This document shows, one piece after another, positions 1 to 10,623 of a DNA stretch of 64,000 nucleotides. The position numbers were made by a program, and so were the translations under genes. The stretch covers positions 2,332 through 66,331 of the forward strand of contig JAUJOJ010000001.1 in NCBI GenBank assembly GCA_030447665.1. Reading direction: 5' to 3'. This DNA is from Allosphingosinicella sp. (GTDB lineage: Bacteria > Pseudomonadota > Alphaproteobacteria > Sphingomonadales > Sphingomonadaceae). The notes under the pieces were generated by a model. It worked only from the letters and a program-made list of their open reading frames with translations. It made no database searches and was not told where the DNA came from. How positions within the stretch are numbered: position 1 is the first letter of the stretch; each line of letters starts with the position of its first letter.

Positions 1-734
1 TTCTGTTCGATCGTCCAGAGTTGGGCCGCCACCGGCTCGCCGTCCCGGTAGGCGAGGCCGAGCCGCAAAGTGCCGGCTTCGCCTTCGGCCTCGGCGAGGC
101 TCCGCATCAGCTCCGGCGAGCCCTCCGCCGGCTTCCAGCTGTTCTCGTACACGGTCTCGTAATCGGTCCAGGCCGCGGGATCGAAGCGATCGTGGACGCG
201 AAGCTCCAGCCCGGCGGTTTTCGCGCGCCGCTTCGCCGTATTGCGCAGCTTGGACGGCCGGGCCGCCCAATATTGCTCGAAGGTCATGCCATTGACGCGG
301 ATCCGCCAGCTGACGGAAGATTCTGCCCTCCGCGTCATCCAGCCTTGCCGCTTCAGCGCGGGCCCCAGCGGGTCGTCCTTGGCGATCGGGGAGAGGGACA
401 GCTGGGCGACGCCGCCGCGGCGCAACCCGCGCGCCAGCTCATCCACTGCCGCCGCCGAGTCCCCGCCGTCGACCACCGGCCCGAAGCGGAGACAGTACCA
501 GTTGGAATAAGCGCGCGCCCTTCCGCGATCCACGCCAAGGAACAGCCATGCATCGGCCTTGCCGTTCCTGGCGCGCAGGGCGAGCAGCTTGCCCTTGGGC
601 GGCGTGAAGTCATGAACCAGCCGGAACCAGTCGAGCCGGTCGAACATCCAGGGACGCCTCTCCCGCGCCAATGCACCGGCGGCGTCACGCTCGACCGCGT
701 CCAGATCATGAAAGAGTGCCACTTGCGCGGACAT
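1..734 (-). CDS. GNAT-family (CelD/BcsL-like) acetyltransferase associated with the exosortase EPS locus; 3' end runs off the window
   Basis: Absent from the ORF track because there is no stop in the window. Manual translation from ATG 734: MSAQVALFHDLDAVERDAAG...SNWYCLRF...FEQYWAARPSKLRNTAKRR...YENSWKPAEG...LRLGLAYRDGEPVAAQLW. AAGGA upstream; divergent from the acyl-CoA ligase. Confidence 0.75.
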   Translation of the reverse strand, partial: MSAQVALFHDLDAVERDAAGALARERRPWMFDRLDWFRLVHDFTPPKGKLLALRARNGKADAWLFLGVDRGRARAYSNWYCLRFGPVVDGGDSAAAVDELARGLRRGGVAQLSLSPIAKDDPLGPALKRQGWMTRRAESSVSWRIRVNGMTFEQYWAARPSKLRNTAKRRAKTAGLELRVHDRFDPAAWTDYETVYENSWKPAEGSPELMRSLAEAEGEAGTLRLGLAYRDGEPVAAQLWTIEQ

Positions 735-802
735 GGCGTCATTCCTTTAACCGTTGTCGCGTATAGGTCCCACTTCCTGCAGCCGCGTTAACAGGAGCCA
801 AG

Positions 803-2326
803 GTGCAAGTCCCCGATTCCACGCCCTTTCCGCTCGACCATCTGAGCCTCAGGGGAAGTCCCGACGCCACGGCTTTGATCACGCGCGAAGGTGAGCTCGA
901 TTATGCAGGGCTGGAGCGCTCCGTCGGTTCGGTGGCGGCAGCGCTGAAGGCGAGGGGGCTTGAAGCCGGAGCGCGTGTGGCGAGCTGGCTTCCCAAGACG
1001 CGGATGACGAGCATCCTGCCGCTCGCCTGCGCCCGGGCAGGCTTCGTCCATGTGCCCGTCAATCCGCTGCTGAAGCGCGCGCAGGTGGCCCATATCCTGG
1101 CCGATAGCGGAGCGCGCCTGTTCATCACCGGCCATGCCAGGCTGGCGACACTGACGCAGGGCGACCTGCCGGACGGCTGCATCCCGCTTGGTGAAGAGGA
1201 TGGCGCCGCCCTCCTTGGATGGGGCGAGACGCTCCCCCCCTCATCCGCCGATCCGGACGATCTGGCCGCTCTTCTCTACACGTCCGGCTCCACCGGCCGG
1301 CCGAAGGGGGTGATGCTGAGCCACGCCAATATGTGGCTCGGCGCGGTGAGCGTGGCGCATTATCTCGGCCTCACGCCCGAGGACCGCACTCTGGCTGTTC
1401 TGCCGCTGAGCTTCGACTATGGCCAGAACCAGCTGCTCTCGAGCTGGGCCGCCGGCGCCTGCGTCATCCCGATCGAATATATCGCCGCCAAGGACGTGAT
1501 CCGCGCCGTGCAGCGTCATGACGTCACCACTCTCGCGGGCGTGCCGCCGCTTTGGGTCCAGCTGATCGAGGTGCCCTGGCCGCCGGTCGCGACGCTGGCG
1601 CTCCGGCGCCTCACCAACTCGGGCGGACGGCTGCCCACCTCGGTCGTCCGCCGGATGCGCGAACTCTTTCCCGCGGCCGAGATCTTCTCGATGTACGGCC
1701 TCACCGAGGCATTCCGCTCGACCTATCTCGATCCTGCTCTGCTGGGCGAACATCCCGATTCGATCGGCACCGCCATCCCCTTCGCTGAGGTGATGGTCGC
1801 GCGGGCCGACGGCAGCCGCGCCGATCCCGGTGAAGCCGGGGAGCTGGTCCATGCGGGGCCGCTCGTGGCCAAGGGCTATTGGAACGATCCCGTTCGAACC
1901 GCCCAGCGCTTCAAGCCTGCGCCGCCGGATTCGATCTATGGCGGCACGGCCGTCTGGTCGGGCGATCAGGTTCGCGCGGACGAGCAGGGCCTTCTCTACT
2001 TCGTCGGCCGCGCCGACGCGATGATCAAGACCAGCGGCAACCGCGTCAGCCCCACCGAGGTGGAGGAGGCCGCGGTGGCAAGCGGGGTGGTGGCCGAAGC
2101 AGTGGCGCTGGGTGTTCCGGACGATCGGCTTGGGGAGGCGATCGCGCTGATCGCCCGCCCGTCGCCATCGCACGGGAGGGAATCGGAGGCCGAGCTCAGA
2201 AACCACCTGAAGCGCGAGTTGCCCAATTTCATGCAGCCGACGCATATCCTCTGGCGCAGCGAGCTTCCAAGGAGCCCCAACGGCAAGCTCGACCGCGAAC
2301 GACTGAAGAGCGAGATCAGCGCGTGA
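803..2326 (+). CDS. Acyl-CoA ligase (AMP-forming), exosortase A system-associated
   Basis: AMP-binding motifs YTSGSTGRPKG, YGLTE and NGKLDR; paired with a PLP decarboxylase as in PEP-CTERM loci. Confidence 0.9.
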   Translation: MQVPDSTPFPLDHLSLRGSPDATALITREGELDYAGLERSVGSVAAALKARGLEAGARVASWLPKTRMTSILPLACARAGFVHVPVNPLLKRAQVAHILADSGARLFITGHARLATLTQGDLPDGCIPLGEEDGAALLGWGETLPPSSADPDDLAALLYTSGSTGRPKGVMLSHANMWLGAVSVAHYLGLTPEDRTLAVLPLSFDYGQNQLLSSWAAGACVIPIEYIAAKDVIRAVQRHDVTTLAGVPPLWVQLIEVPWPPVATLALRRLTNSGGRLPTSVVRRMRELFPAAEIFSMYGLTEAFRSTYLDPALLGEHPDSIGTAIPFAEVMVARADGSRADPGEAGELVHAGPLVAKGYWNDPVRTAQRFKPAPPDSIYGGTAVWSGDQVRADEQGLLYFVGRADAMIKTSGNRVSPTEVEEAAVASGVVAEAVALGVPDDRLGEAIALIARPSPSHGRESEAELRNHLKRELPNFMQPTHILWRSELPRSPNGKLDRERLKSEISA

Positions 2327-3564
2327 CCAAGCCCCTGGGAGCGATACCGGCCGGTTTCAGTGCCGGCGACGACGGCGTCCTCAGCATCGGGGGCCGGTCG
2401 GTGCACGAGTTGGTCGCCGAAGCGGGCGACACGCCGCTGTTCGTCTACGACCTCGGTCTGATTGACGAGCGGATCGCCCGCTTCCGCCGTGCCATACCAG
2501 GCGTTGAGCTACATTACGCAATCAAGGCAAACACGTACACTCCATTGCTTGCGCACGTTGCTAAGCATGTGGACGGCCTTGACGTCGCCTCCGGCGGCGA
2601 ACTCGGTTCGGCTCTCGCCAGCGGAATGGCGCCCGGGCTGATCTCCTTTGCCGGCCCCGGCAAGCGGGACAAGGAACTGAGATCGGCGATCCAGGTCGGC
2701 GTGACGATCAATTGCGAGTCCGAGGGCGAGGCCGAGCGTGCGCTGTCCATCGGCGGCGCCGAAGGTGTCGCTCCGAAGCTTGCCGTTCGGGTCAATCCGG
2801 ATTTCGAGATCAAGGGGTCGGGCATGCGGATGGGCGGCGGCGCCAAGCCGTTCGGCGTCGATGCCGAGCGCGTGCCGGCGTTGGTCCGCAGGATCGTCGC
2901 TGGCGGCGGTGACTGGCGCGGTTTTCACATCTTCGCCGGATCGCAGGCGCTCGACGCCGCCGCGCTGATCGAGGCGCAGCGAGCGACGCTTGAGCTTGCC
3001 GGCGCGCTCTCCGCGGAAATCGGCGCCGCTCCGCCTATGGTCAATCTCGGCGGGGGCTTCGGCATCCCCTATTTCCACGGTGAGACGCCGCTCGATATCG
3101 AAGCGGTCGGGCGGGCGCTCGCTCTTGAGCTAAGCAACCGCCACGAAAATCTTGTAAACACTGAGTTTGCGATCGAGCTCGGCCGTTGGGTCGTTGGTGA
3201 GGCCGGCGTCTACCTGACGCGTATCGTCGATCGAAAGGTGAGCCACGGCAAGACTTTCCTCGTGACGGACGGCGGCATGCACCACCAGCTCGCCGCATCC
3301 GGCAATTTCGGCCAGGTGATCCGCCGCAACTATCCGGCGGCGATCGCGAGCCGGATGGCGCAGCCCGCGACGGAAGAGGCCAGCATCGTCGGCTGTCTCT
3401 GCACGCCGCTCGATCGTTTGGCGGATGACGTCATGCTGCCACGCGCCGATGTCGGCGACATCGTCGCCGTCTTCATGGCCGGGGCGTACGGACTTTCGGC
3501 AAGTCCGCAGGCATTTCTCGGCCAGCAGGCAGCGCTCGAAATGGCGGTCGGCACAGGCATTTAG
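2323..3564 (+). CDS. Pyridoxal-dependent decarboxylase (DAP/Orn decarboxylase fold), exosortase A system-associated
   Basis: GTG start overlaps the ligase stop (GTGA); YAIKAN PLP lysine, NLGGGFG, GCLCTPLD, AGAYG. Confidence 0.9.
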   Translation: MTKPLGAIPAGFSAGDDGVLSIGGRSVHELVAEAGDTPLFVYDLGLIDERIARFRRAIPGVELHYAIKANTYTPLLAHVAKHVDGLDVASGGELGSALASGMAPGLISFAGPGKRDKELRSAIQVGVTINCESEGEAERALSIGGAEGVAPKLAVRVNPDFEIKGSGMRMGGGAKPFGVDAERVPALVRRIVAGGGDWRGFHIFAGSQALDAAALIEAQRATLELAGALSAEIGAAPPMVNLGGGFGIPYFHGETPLDIEAVGRALALELSNRHENLVNTEFAIELGRWVVGEAGVYLTRIVDRKVSHGKTFLVTDGGMHHQLAASGNFGQVIRRNYPAAIASRMAQPATEEASIVGCLCTPLDRLADDVMLPRADVGDIVAVFMAGAYGLSASPQAFLGQQAALEMAVGTGI

Positions 3565-3717
3565 CCTCTGCCCGATCATCGTATCGTTCTGGGACGGCCT
3601 CCGAAAACCGCTTGTTCCTAACCGTAATTTTACCTCTTCAAGCCATAGCAGAAGCCAAAGCTGCGCTAGGTCCGCTCCGGATCCGTGCAGCGGCAGCGCT
3701 CTGAAGAGGATCGAACC

Positions 3718-4380
3718 ATGCGTGTATCGCTCGAGTATAAAGCGGTTTTCAAATCGGCTCTGGCGCTTGGCGCCGCCGCCACGGCGCTTGCCGGATGCAG
3801 CACGACGTCAACCACCGGCAACTCGCTTCCCGCCGCCACCTTCGTCGGCCAGGGGCAGCAGGAGGTCAGCGAGGAATATATCATCGGCCCGCTCGACGAG
3901 CTGACCGTGTTCGTGTGGCGCAATCCGGAGCTTGGCGCCAAGGTGCAGGTCCGCCCCGACGGCCGCATCACGACGCCGCTGATCAGCGAGATGACGGCAG
4001 TCGGCAAGACGCCCGCGCAGCTCGCCGGAGACATCAAGAAGGTCCTCACCCAATATATCTCCGATCCGCTCGTGTCGGTGATGGTGGACAAGTTCCAAGG
4101 CACCTTCTCGCAGCAGATCCGCATCGTCGGCGCAACCGAGAAGCCGGCCTCGCTGCCCTACCGGGCGAACATGACGCTGCTTGACGCCATGATCGAGGTT
4201 GGCGGCCTCTCCGAATTCGCCGCCGGTGATAACGCCCGCCTCGTCCGCCACGACCGGGCGACGGGCAAGCAGCGCGAATATGACCTCAAGATCTCCCGGC
4301 TGATCAAGCGCGGCGACACCAGCGCCAACGTCCGCCTCGAGCCGGGTGACGTCATCATCATCCCGGAAAGCATGTTCTGA
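3718..4380 (+). CDS. Polysaccharide export lipoprotein (Wza/OPX-like), PEP-CTERM system
   Basis: Lipobox LAGC; YIIGPLD, VRPDGRITTPLI; C-terminal LEPGDVIIIPESMF. Confidence 0.9.
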   Translation: MRVSLEYKAVFKSALALGAAATALAGCSTTSTTGNSLPAATFVGQGQQEVSEEYIIGPLDELTVFVWRNPELGAKVQVRPDGRITTPLISEMTAVGKTPAQLAGDIKKVLTQYISDPLVSVMVDKFQGTFSQQIRIVGATEKPASLPYRANMTLLDAMIEVGGLSEFAAGDNARLVRHDRATGKQREYDLKISRLIKRGDTSANVRLEPGDVIIIPESMF

Positions 4381-4426
4381 AGACCCGATCGGCCAGCCGC
4401 ACCCTCATTCAAGGACAGCCTCGTCG

Positions 4427-5971
4427 ATGGACGGACTTTATAACCAGCTTCGGATCGCCTTCCATCAGGTGTGGACACGCAGATGGCTGGCCCTGGGGGT
4501 TGCCTGGGGCCTTTGCCTTGCGGGCTGGCTTGCGATTGCGCTGATCCCGAACAGCTATGAGTCCAAGGCGCGGGTGTTCGCGCAGATGCAGTCGATCCTG
4601 CCCCAGCAGATGGGGATGACGCCCGCCGACCGGCAGACCGACCTCCTGCGCATCAAGCAGAGCCTGACCTCCACGGAAAATCTCCAGAAGGTGGTCCGCC
4701 GCACGGATCTCAACCTCCTCGTCGGCTCGGAAGCGGACCTTGCCGCCCAGGTCGCCAAGCTGCGCGAGAGCATCAAGATCACCGCGCAGATCGACAATCC
4801 CAACATGATCGAGATCAGCGCGACCTCGGGGATCGGAGGCTTTTCGAACGCGCAGAATGCCCGTACCGCCGCCGGGATCGTCCAGAGCCTGCTCGATTTG
4901 TTCATCGAGGAGAATCTGGCAGGCACCCGCGCGGAAACCGGCCAGTCGCTCGAATTCCTGGATCAGGAGCTGAAGCGGCGGGAGGTGCAGCTCCAGGAGG
5001 CCGAGCAGCGCCGCGTCGAATTCGAAACCAAATATCTCGGCGTGCTGCCGGGCGAAGGCTCCGTCCAGCAGCGCATGGCGGCGGCCCGCATGGAGCTTTC
5101 GAATATCGATCAGCAGCTGATGGCGGCGCAGGGCGCTCTTTCGTCAGTCCGCGCGCAACTCGGCGCGACTCCGGCAAGCATCTCCTCGCCGGGCTTTGCC
5201 GGCGGCGGCTATGCCGGCCAGCAGCTGGCGACGCTCCAGGCGACGCTCGCCCAGCAGCAGGGCAAGGGCTTTACCGACAGCCATCCCGACGTGATCGCCA
5301 CCAGGAACGAGATCGCCCGTATCCGTCCGCAGGCGCAGGCGGAGCGTTCGAGCGGCTCGGGCACGATCAACACGCCCAATCCCGCCTATGGCTCGCTCCG
5401 CGCCATGGCCGCCGAGCGCGAGGCCGCGGTCGCCGCCGCGACGATGCGCAAGAACCAAATTCAGGCGGCGATGACCGAGCTCGCCTCCAAGCAGTCCTCG
5501 GAGCCCGGCGTCGTCGCCGAGCAGGCGCGGCTCAACCGCGACTATGAGGTGCTGAAGCGGCAATATGACAAGCTGCTCGAGGACCGCGAACAGGTCCGCC
5601 TCAGGAGCGACATCCAGACCAAGACCGATGCGGTGCAGATGAAGGTGATCGATCCGCCGTCCAAGCCGACGGTGCCGGTCGCGCCCAATCGGCCGCTGCT
5701 GCTGACGGCGATCCTGTTCCTGGCCGCGGCCGCCGGCATCGGCGCCGCCTTTGCCAAAGGCCAGCTTCAGCCGACCTTCCCGACCCAAGGCCGCCTCGAG
5801 CAGGTCACCGGCCTGCCGGTGCTCGGATCGATCAGCGAGGTCTTCACGCCCGAGCGGAGGGCGCATCACCGCCAGCGCGTCAAGTGGTTCATGGGCGCCG
5901 GCAGCGCTCTGGCCGCCAGTTACGCCCTCCTGATGCTCGTCGAATTCTGGCAGCGCAGCACGGTCGCCTGA
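4427..5971 (+). CDS. Polysaccharide chain-length determinant (Wzc/PCP periplasmic part), XrtA system
   Basis: Two flanking TM segments, coiled-coil core, FTDSHPDV, P-rich PPSKPTVPVAPNR before TM2. Confidence 0.88.
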   Translation: MDGLYNQLRIAFHQVWTRRWLALGVAWGLCLAGWLAIALIPNSYESKARVFAQMQSILPQQMGMTPADRQTDLLRIKQSLTSTENLQKVVRRTDLNLLVGSEADLAAQVAKLRESIKITAQIDNPNMIEISATSGIGGFSNAQNARTAAGIVQSLLDLFIEENLAGTRAETGQSLEFLDQELKRREVQLQEAEQRRVEFETKYLGVLPGEGSVQQRMAAARMELSNIDQQLMAAQGALSSVRAQLGATPASISSPGFAGGGYAGQQLATLQATLAQQQGKGFTDSHPDVIATRNEIARIRPQAQAERSSGSGTINTPNPAYGSLRAMAAEREAAVAAATMRKNQIQAAMTELASKQSSEPGVVAEQARLNRDYEVLKRQYDKLLEDREQVRLRSDIQTKTDAVQMKVIDPPSKPTVPVAPNRPLLLTAILFLAAAAGIGAAFAKGQLQPTFPTQGRLEQVTGLPVLGSISEVFTPERRAHHRQRVKWFMGAGSALAASYALLMLVEFWQRSTVA

Positions 5972-5980
5972 GGAGCCCTT

Positions 5981-7048
5981 ATGAACAAGCATAGCAGCCT
6001 CAGGGAAAGCGGATCGCTCATCGAGCGGGCGGCGGCGATGTACGACTTCAAGTCGCACGTCAGCAGCCCATTGCCTCCGCAGCCGCGGGAGAAGCGGGAG
6101 CCCAAAGCCGGCCTCCCGGGGGCCGATGCCGCTGAGGCACAGCCGGCAGCTCCGCAGGCGCGCAAGCAACCGATCATCCTGTCCCGGCTCGAAGTCTCTT
6201 ACGAGCAGCCGTCGTACCCGGAGGAGCAGGTCGAGGCGGCGGTCGAGTCGTTCGACCCCCTCGGTTTCGATCCGCCGCCAAGCCGCGCGCCTGAACCTGC
6301 AGCGAGTGCCTCCGGCCAGCGCCGCTCCAAGGTCGACCGCGCCGGCCTTCGCGAAGGCGGCTTCATCCTCCCCGACGCGCCTGTCGGGAGCCTTGCCGAA
6401 GAGTTCCGGATCGTGAAGCGGCAGCTTCTCCAGGCGGCGAGCGGCAAGACCGGCGTTGCCGAAGACAAGCGCCAGACGATCCTCGTCTGCTCGGCCACCG
6501 CCAATGAGGGGAAGACCTTCTGCGCGGTCAATCTCGCCGTTTCCATGGCGACCGAGAAGGATCTGGAGGTCCTGCTCGTCGATGGCGATTTCTCGAAGCC
6601 CGAGATCCTCTCGGTGCTCGGGCTCGAAGGTGGGCCGGGGCTGATCGACGCGATCGCGGACGCCAACACCGACCCAAACGACTTTATTATTCAAACGGAT
6701 ATCGAGCGTCTTTCCGTTCTCCCCGCAGGGCGGCAGGCGAACAACGTCACCGAGCTCCTCGCGTCGCAGCGCACCCGCAAGGTGCTCGACGCCCTTACCG
6801 CCAATCACCCGAAGCGGATCGTCATCTTCGATTCTCCGCCGGCGCTGATGGCATCGCCCGCGAGCATCCTGGCCGGCAAGGTCGGCCAGATCGTGATGGT
6901 CGTCCGGGCGGACCAAACCAACGAGGCCGACCTCCGCGAAGCGATCGGCCTGCTTTCGGGCTGCGAAAATATCAGCCTGATGCTCAACGGCACGGGCTTC
7001 ACCGCCTCCGGCCGACGCTTCGGCACTTATTATGGATTTGGCCAATGA
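5981..7048 (+). CDS. BY-kinase (bacterial tyrosine autokinase) of the EPS locus
   Basis: EEFR, Walker A SATANEGKT, A' LLVDGD, B IFDSPP; C-terminal Tyr cluster GTYYGFG. Confidence 0.88.
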   Translation: MNKHSSLRESGSLIERAAAMYDFKSHVSSPLPPQPREKREPKAGLPGADAAEAQPAAPQARKQPIILSRLEVSYEQPSYPEEQVEAAVESFDPLGFDPPPSRAPEPAASASGQRRSKVDRAGLREGGFILPDAPVGSLAEEFRIVKRQLLQAASGKTGVAEDKRQTILVCSATANEGKTFCAVNLAVSMATEKDLEVLLVDGDFSKPEILSVLGLEGGPGLIDAIADANTDPNDFIIQTDIERLSVLPAGRQANNVTELLASQRTRKVLDALTANHPKRIVIFDSPPALMASPASILAGKVGQIVMVVRADQTNEADLREAIGLLSGCENISLMLNGTGFTASGRRFGTYYGFGQ

Positions 7049-8697
7049 AGATTGCGCTGTCCTCCTTTCACCGCGGCCTCCTGCGCGCGCTCGGCCTAGC
7101 CGGCCTTGCGGCGGGCATCTCGCTGGGTTCCGCGGCAGAGGCCGCTCCGGCCCGCACCGAAATCGTCCCCTATATCGAGGTTCAGCAGGTGCTGAACGCC
7201 GATCTCAACGATGGCGACGTCCTCACCTATACCTCGGTCTCGGCAGGCGTCGACGGCCGCGTCACCACCCGCCGGGTGCAGGCGCAGATCAGCTACCGCT
7301 ACGAGCGCCGCATCGCCTGGGAGGGCGATATTGCCGACGATGACGTCCACACCGGCATCGCGCAGGTCCATGCCCAAATCGTCCCCAACATGCTGACGCT
7401 CAATGCCGGCGCGCTCGCGACCCGGGCGCGGGCCAACGGCAATGCGCCGATCTTCGGCTTCGGCACCACCGACAGCCGCAACCTCGCCGACGTTTACAGC
7501 TTCTATGCCGGGCCCGACTTCTCGACCCGGGCCGGGCCGCTCGACCTCGCGGCCAGCTATCGGCTCGGTTATGTGAAGGTCGACGATCACAGCCTCGCCG
7601 GCCTGCCGCTTCCCCCCGGAACCCCTTTGTTCGACCGTTATGACAGCTCCACCAACCACAGCGCCAATTTCAGCGTGGGTATGGGACCCGGCAGCTTGCC
7701 CGTCGGCTGGACCGTCTCGGGCGGCTATGCCCGCGAGGATGTCGGGCGGCTCGACCAGGAATATGAGGGCCGCTTCATCCGCGGCGACCTGCTCCTGCCG
7801 GTCTCGCCCACCTTTGCCGTCACCGGCGGTGTCGGCTACGAAAAGATCGAAAGCAGCCAGCAGGATATCCGTCGCGGTCCGGACGGTTTGCCGATCGTCA
7901 CTCCCGGCGGCAACTTCATCGCCGATCCTTCGCGGCCGCGGCTGCTCAGCTATGACCAGAGCGGGATCATCTGGGATGCGGGCGTGATCTGGCGCCCGAG
8001 CCGCCGCACCGAGCTGCAGGCGCGGGTCGGCCGTCGCTACGGCGACACCAGCTTCACCGGCTCCTTTGAGCATAAGTTCAACTCGGCCTATGCGATCACC
8101 GGCAGCGTCTACGACACCGTCGACAGCTTTGGCCGCATCATCGTCGCCGACCTGGCGAGCACGCCGCGGAACTTCCGCGTGAACCGCAACCCGCTGAACC
8201 AGGGCGTCGGCGGGATCGGCGGTTGCGTCTTCGGTACGGAGGCCGGCCAGGGCGTCTGCTTCGACGATGCCGTGAATGCCATCACCAGCCAGACTTTCCG
8301 CCACCGGGGGGCGAACCTCCTCCTCTCCGGCGGCCGCGGACCTTGGTCGTTCGGCGTCGGGGCCGCTTACGCGCAACGCAAGTTCTCGGAACCGAGCTTC
8401 ACCAACGCCTTCTCGCTCGATCGCTTCAGGGACGAAAGCCTGTCGCTCAACGCCTATCTCAGCCGCGAGCTCAGCCGCACCTCGGGCGTCAGCCTGGACG
8501 GCTACGCCAATTGGTTCGATCGTTCGGCTCCCGGCTTCGACTCGGCCTTCGGCGCAGGCGTCACCGCCAGCTATCATCGCAGCCTGTTCTACGATCGGCT
8601 GCAGGCGCAGGCGGCGATCGGCCTTTATACGACCGATTCGGGCCTTGAGGACTTCACCGGCGCCCAGGCGCTGATCGGCCTCAGATACTCATTCTAA
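7045..8697 (+). CDS. PEP-CTERM system-associated outer-membrane beta-barrel protein
   Basis: Signal peptide, amphipathic beta-strand pattern, C-terminal barrel signature LRYSF; conserved position in the locus. Confidence 0.75.
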   Translation: MKIALSSFHRGLLRALGLAGLAAGISLGSAAEAAPARTEIVPYIEVQQVLNADLNDGDVLTYTSVSAGVDGRVTTRRVQAQISYRYERRIAWEGDIADDDVHTGIAQVHAQIVPNMLTLNAGALATRARANGNAPIFGFGTTDSRNLADVYSFYAGPDFSTRAGPLDLAASYRLGYVKVDDHSLAGLPLPPGTPLFDRYDSSTNHSANFSVGMGPGSLPVGWTVSGGYAREDVGRLDQEYEGRFIRGDLLLPVSPTFAVTGGVGYEKIESSQQDIRRGPDGLPIVTPGGNFIADPSRPRLLSYDQSGIIWDAGVIWRPSRRTELQARVGRRYGDTSFTGSFEHKFNSAYAITGSVYDTVDSFGRIIVADLASTPRNFRVNRNPLNQGVGGIGGCVFGTEAGQGVCFDDAVNAITSQTFRHRGANLLLSGGRGPWSFGVGAAYAQRKFSEPSFTNAFSLDRFRDESLSLNAYLSRELSRTSGVSLDGYANWFDRSAPGFDSAFGAGVTASYHRSLFYDRLQAQAAIGLYTTDSGLEDFTGAQALIGLRYSF

Positions 8698-8729
8698 TTG
8701 CGCGACGGGCGGGGCGCCCACGGAGACCA

Positions 8730-9758
8730 ATGATGTACACCGAATATTACGGCCTCAGCGAACGGCCCTTCCAGCTCACTCCGGATGCGCGCTTCTACTT
8801 CGAGAGCCGCACCCACAAGAAGGCGATGGCCTATCTCGGCTATGGCCTTGCCCAGGGGGAGGGCTTCATCGTCATCACCGGCGATGTCGGCGCCGGAAAG
8901 TCGACCCTGGTTGCGCATCTCATGGCGACGATCGATCGCGCGCGCCTCAACGCCATCAACATCGTCTCCACCCAGGTCGAAGGAACCGACATGCTGCGCC
9001 TTGCCGCGCAGGGCATGGGTCTCGATACCGCGCGCGCCGAAAAAGCTCAGCTTCTCGAGCGGGTTGAGAAGCATCTTGAAGAGGAAGCGAGAAACGGCAA
9101 GCGCACCCTTCTGATCGTTGACGAGGCGCAGAACCTGCCGGAATCCGCGCTCGAAGAGCTGCGCATGCTGTCCAATTACCAGATTAACGGCCGCGCGCTT
9201 CTTCAGATCTTCCTGCTCGGCCAGCCCGAGTTTCGCGAGAAGATCGCCAGCGACAGCCTGGAGCAGCTCCGCCAGCGCGTGATCGCCACCCACCACCTCG
9301 ATCCGATGGGCGCCAACGAGGTCGAGCCTTATATCATGCACCGCCTCGGCCTTTCCGGCTGGCAGGGCCGTCCTTCGATCAGCCCCGAAACCTTCGCCGA
9401 AATCTACCGCCACACCGGCGGCGTCCCGCGCCGGGTGAACCAGCTTGCCGCGCGTGTCCTCCTCCACGGCGCCGTCGAGCATCTGGACGTGATCGACGCC
9501 GAAGCCGTGGAGACCGTCGCGGCCGAGATGGCCGCCGATGCCCGCAAGCAGGAGGAGCGCGTGCTTCCGCTCCGCAGCGTCTCCTCGGCCTCCGCGGCTC
9601 ACGAGCCGGTTCGCGACCTTGGCCTCGAGCAGCGCATCTTCGAGCTCGAAGCCCGGGTCGAGGAGCAGGAAACGGCTCTCCGCCGCGTTTTGACCTTGCT
9701 GGTCGACTGGGTCGAAGGCGAGGCCGAGCCGGTGAGCTACCGCCACAACGCCGCTTGA
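8730..9758 (+). CDS. ExeA-family AAA ATPase, XrtA/PEP-CTERM-associated
   Basis: MYTEYYGL..RPFQLTPD, Walker A GDVGAGKS, Walker B IVDEAQNL, GGVPRRVN. Confidence 0.9.
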   Translation: MMYTEYYGLSERPFQLTPDARFYFESRTHKKAMAYLGYGLAQGEGFIVITGDVGAGKSTLVAHLMATIDRARLNAINIVSTQVEGTDMLRLAAQGMGLDTARAEKAQLLERVEKHLEEEARNGKRTLLIVDEAQNLPESALEELRMLSNYQINGRALLQIFLLGQPEFREKIASDSLEQLRQRVIATHHLDPMGANEVEPYIMHRLGLSGWQGRPSISPETFAEIYRHTGGVPRRVNQLAARVLLHGAVEHLDVIDAEAVETVAAEMAADARKQEERVLPLRSVSSASAAHEPVRDLGLEQRIFELEARVEEQETALRRVLTLLVDWVEGEAEPVSYRHNAA

Positions 9759-9777
9759 GCCGAATGAGAGGGATGCG

Positions 9778-10623
9778 ATGCTGAATGCCCTCTCGGTCGA
9801 CGTTGAGGACTGGTTCCAGGTCGGCGCGTTCGAAAACGTGATCGCGCGCGACGCGTGGGACCATCTGCCCCATCGGGTCGAGCGTAACGGCGATGCCGTG
9901 CTCGACCTGTTCGACCGCGCCGGAGTCAAGGCGACCTTCTTCACCCTTGGCTGGGTCGCGCATCGCTATCCCGCGCTCATCCGCCGGATTGTCGATGCCG
10001 GGCACGAGATCGCCAGCCATGGCTGGGATCATGTCCGCGTTTTCACGATGAGCGCCGCCGTCTTCCGCGCCGATCTGGAGCGGGCTCGGATGGCGATCGA
10101 GGATGCCTGCGGCCGGTCGCCGACGGGTTACCGCGCTCCGAGCTTCTCCATCGACCAGCGCACCCCCTGGGCGCACCGCATCCTGGCGGAGGAAGGCTAT
10201 GCCTATTCCTCGAGCGTCGCGCCGATCCGCCACGATCATTATGGCTGGCGGGAGGCGCCGCGCTTCGCTTTCCGCCCTGTCGAGGGTTCCGAGCTGATCG
10301 AGCTTCCCGTCACCACCGTCGAGCTTGCCGGCCGCCGCATGGCCGCAGGGGGCGGCGGCTTCTTCCGCCTCCTTCCTTATGGTTTCTCAAGCTGGGCGAT
10401 CGCCCGGGTGAACCGTCGGGACGGCAGGCCGGCGGTCTTCTATTTCCACCCGTGGGAGATCGATCCGGCTCAGCCGCGGGTCGACGAGGCGCCCTTGAAG
10501 TCGCGCCTGCGCCATTACAGCAATCTCTCCGCCATGGAAGGCAAGCTGCTGAAACTCCTCGAGTCTCGGAGCTGGGGACGAACCGATGACGTGGTCGCGG
10601 CCGAGCGGGCGAGGCTGCAGTGA
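9778..10623 (+). CDS. Polysaccharide deacetylase, XrtA system
   Basis: SVDVEDWFQV, ATFFTLG, HEIASHG, GYRAPSFS, FYFHPWE. Confidence 0.9.
   Translation: MLNALSVDVEDWFQVGAFENVIARDAWDHLPHRVERNGDAVLDLFDRAGVKATFFTLGWVAHRYPALIRRIVDAGHEIASHGWDHVRVFTMSAAVFRADLERARMAIEDACGRSPTGYRAPSFSIDQRTPWAHRILAEEGYAYSSSVAPIRHDHYGWREAPRFAFRPVEGSELIELPVTTVELAGRRMAAGGGGFFRLLPYGFSSWAIARVNRRDGRPAVFYFHPWEIDPAQPRVDEAPLKSRLRHYSNLSAMEGKLLKLLESRSWGRTDDVVAAERARLQ

Noticed and set aside
21-791. 256-aa plus-strand ORF in the track
   Set aside because: Antisense shadow of the minus-strand GNAT gene; no recognisable motifs.
5144-9944. Long minus-strand ORFs (633, 493 and 416 aa) and similar shadows across the window
   Set aside because: Antisense artefacts of high-GC codon usage opposite well-supported genes.
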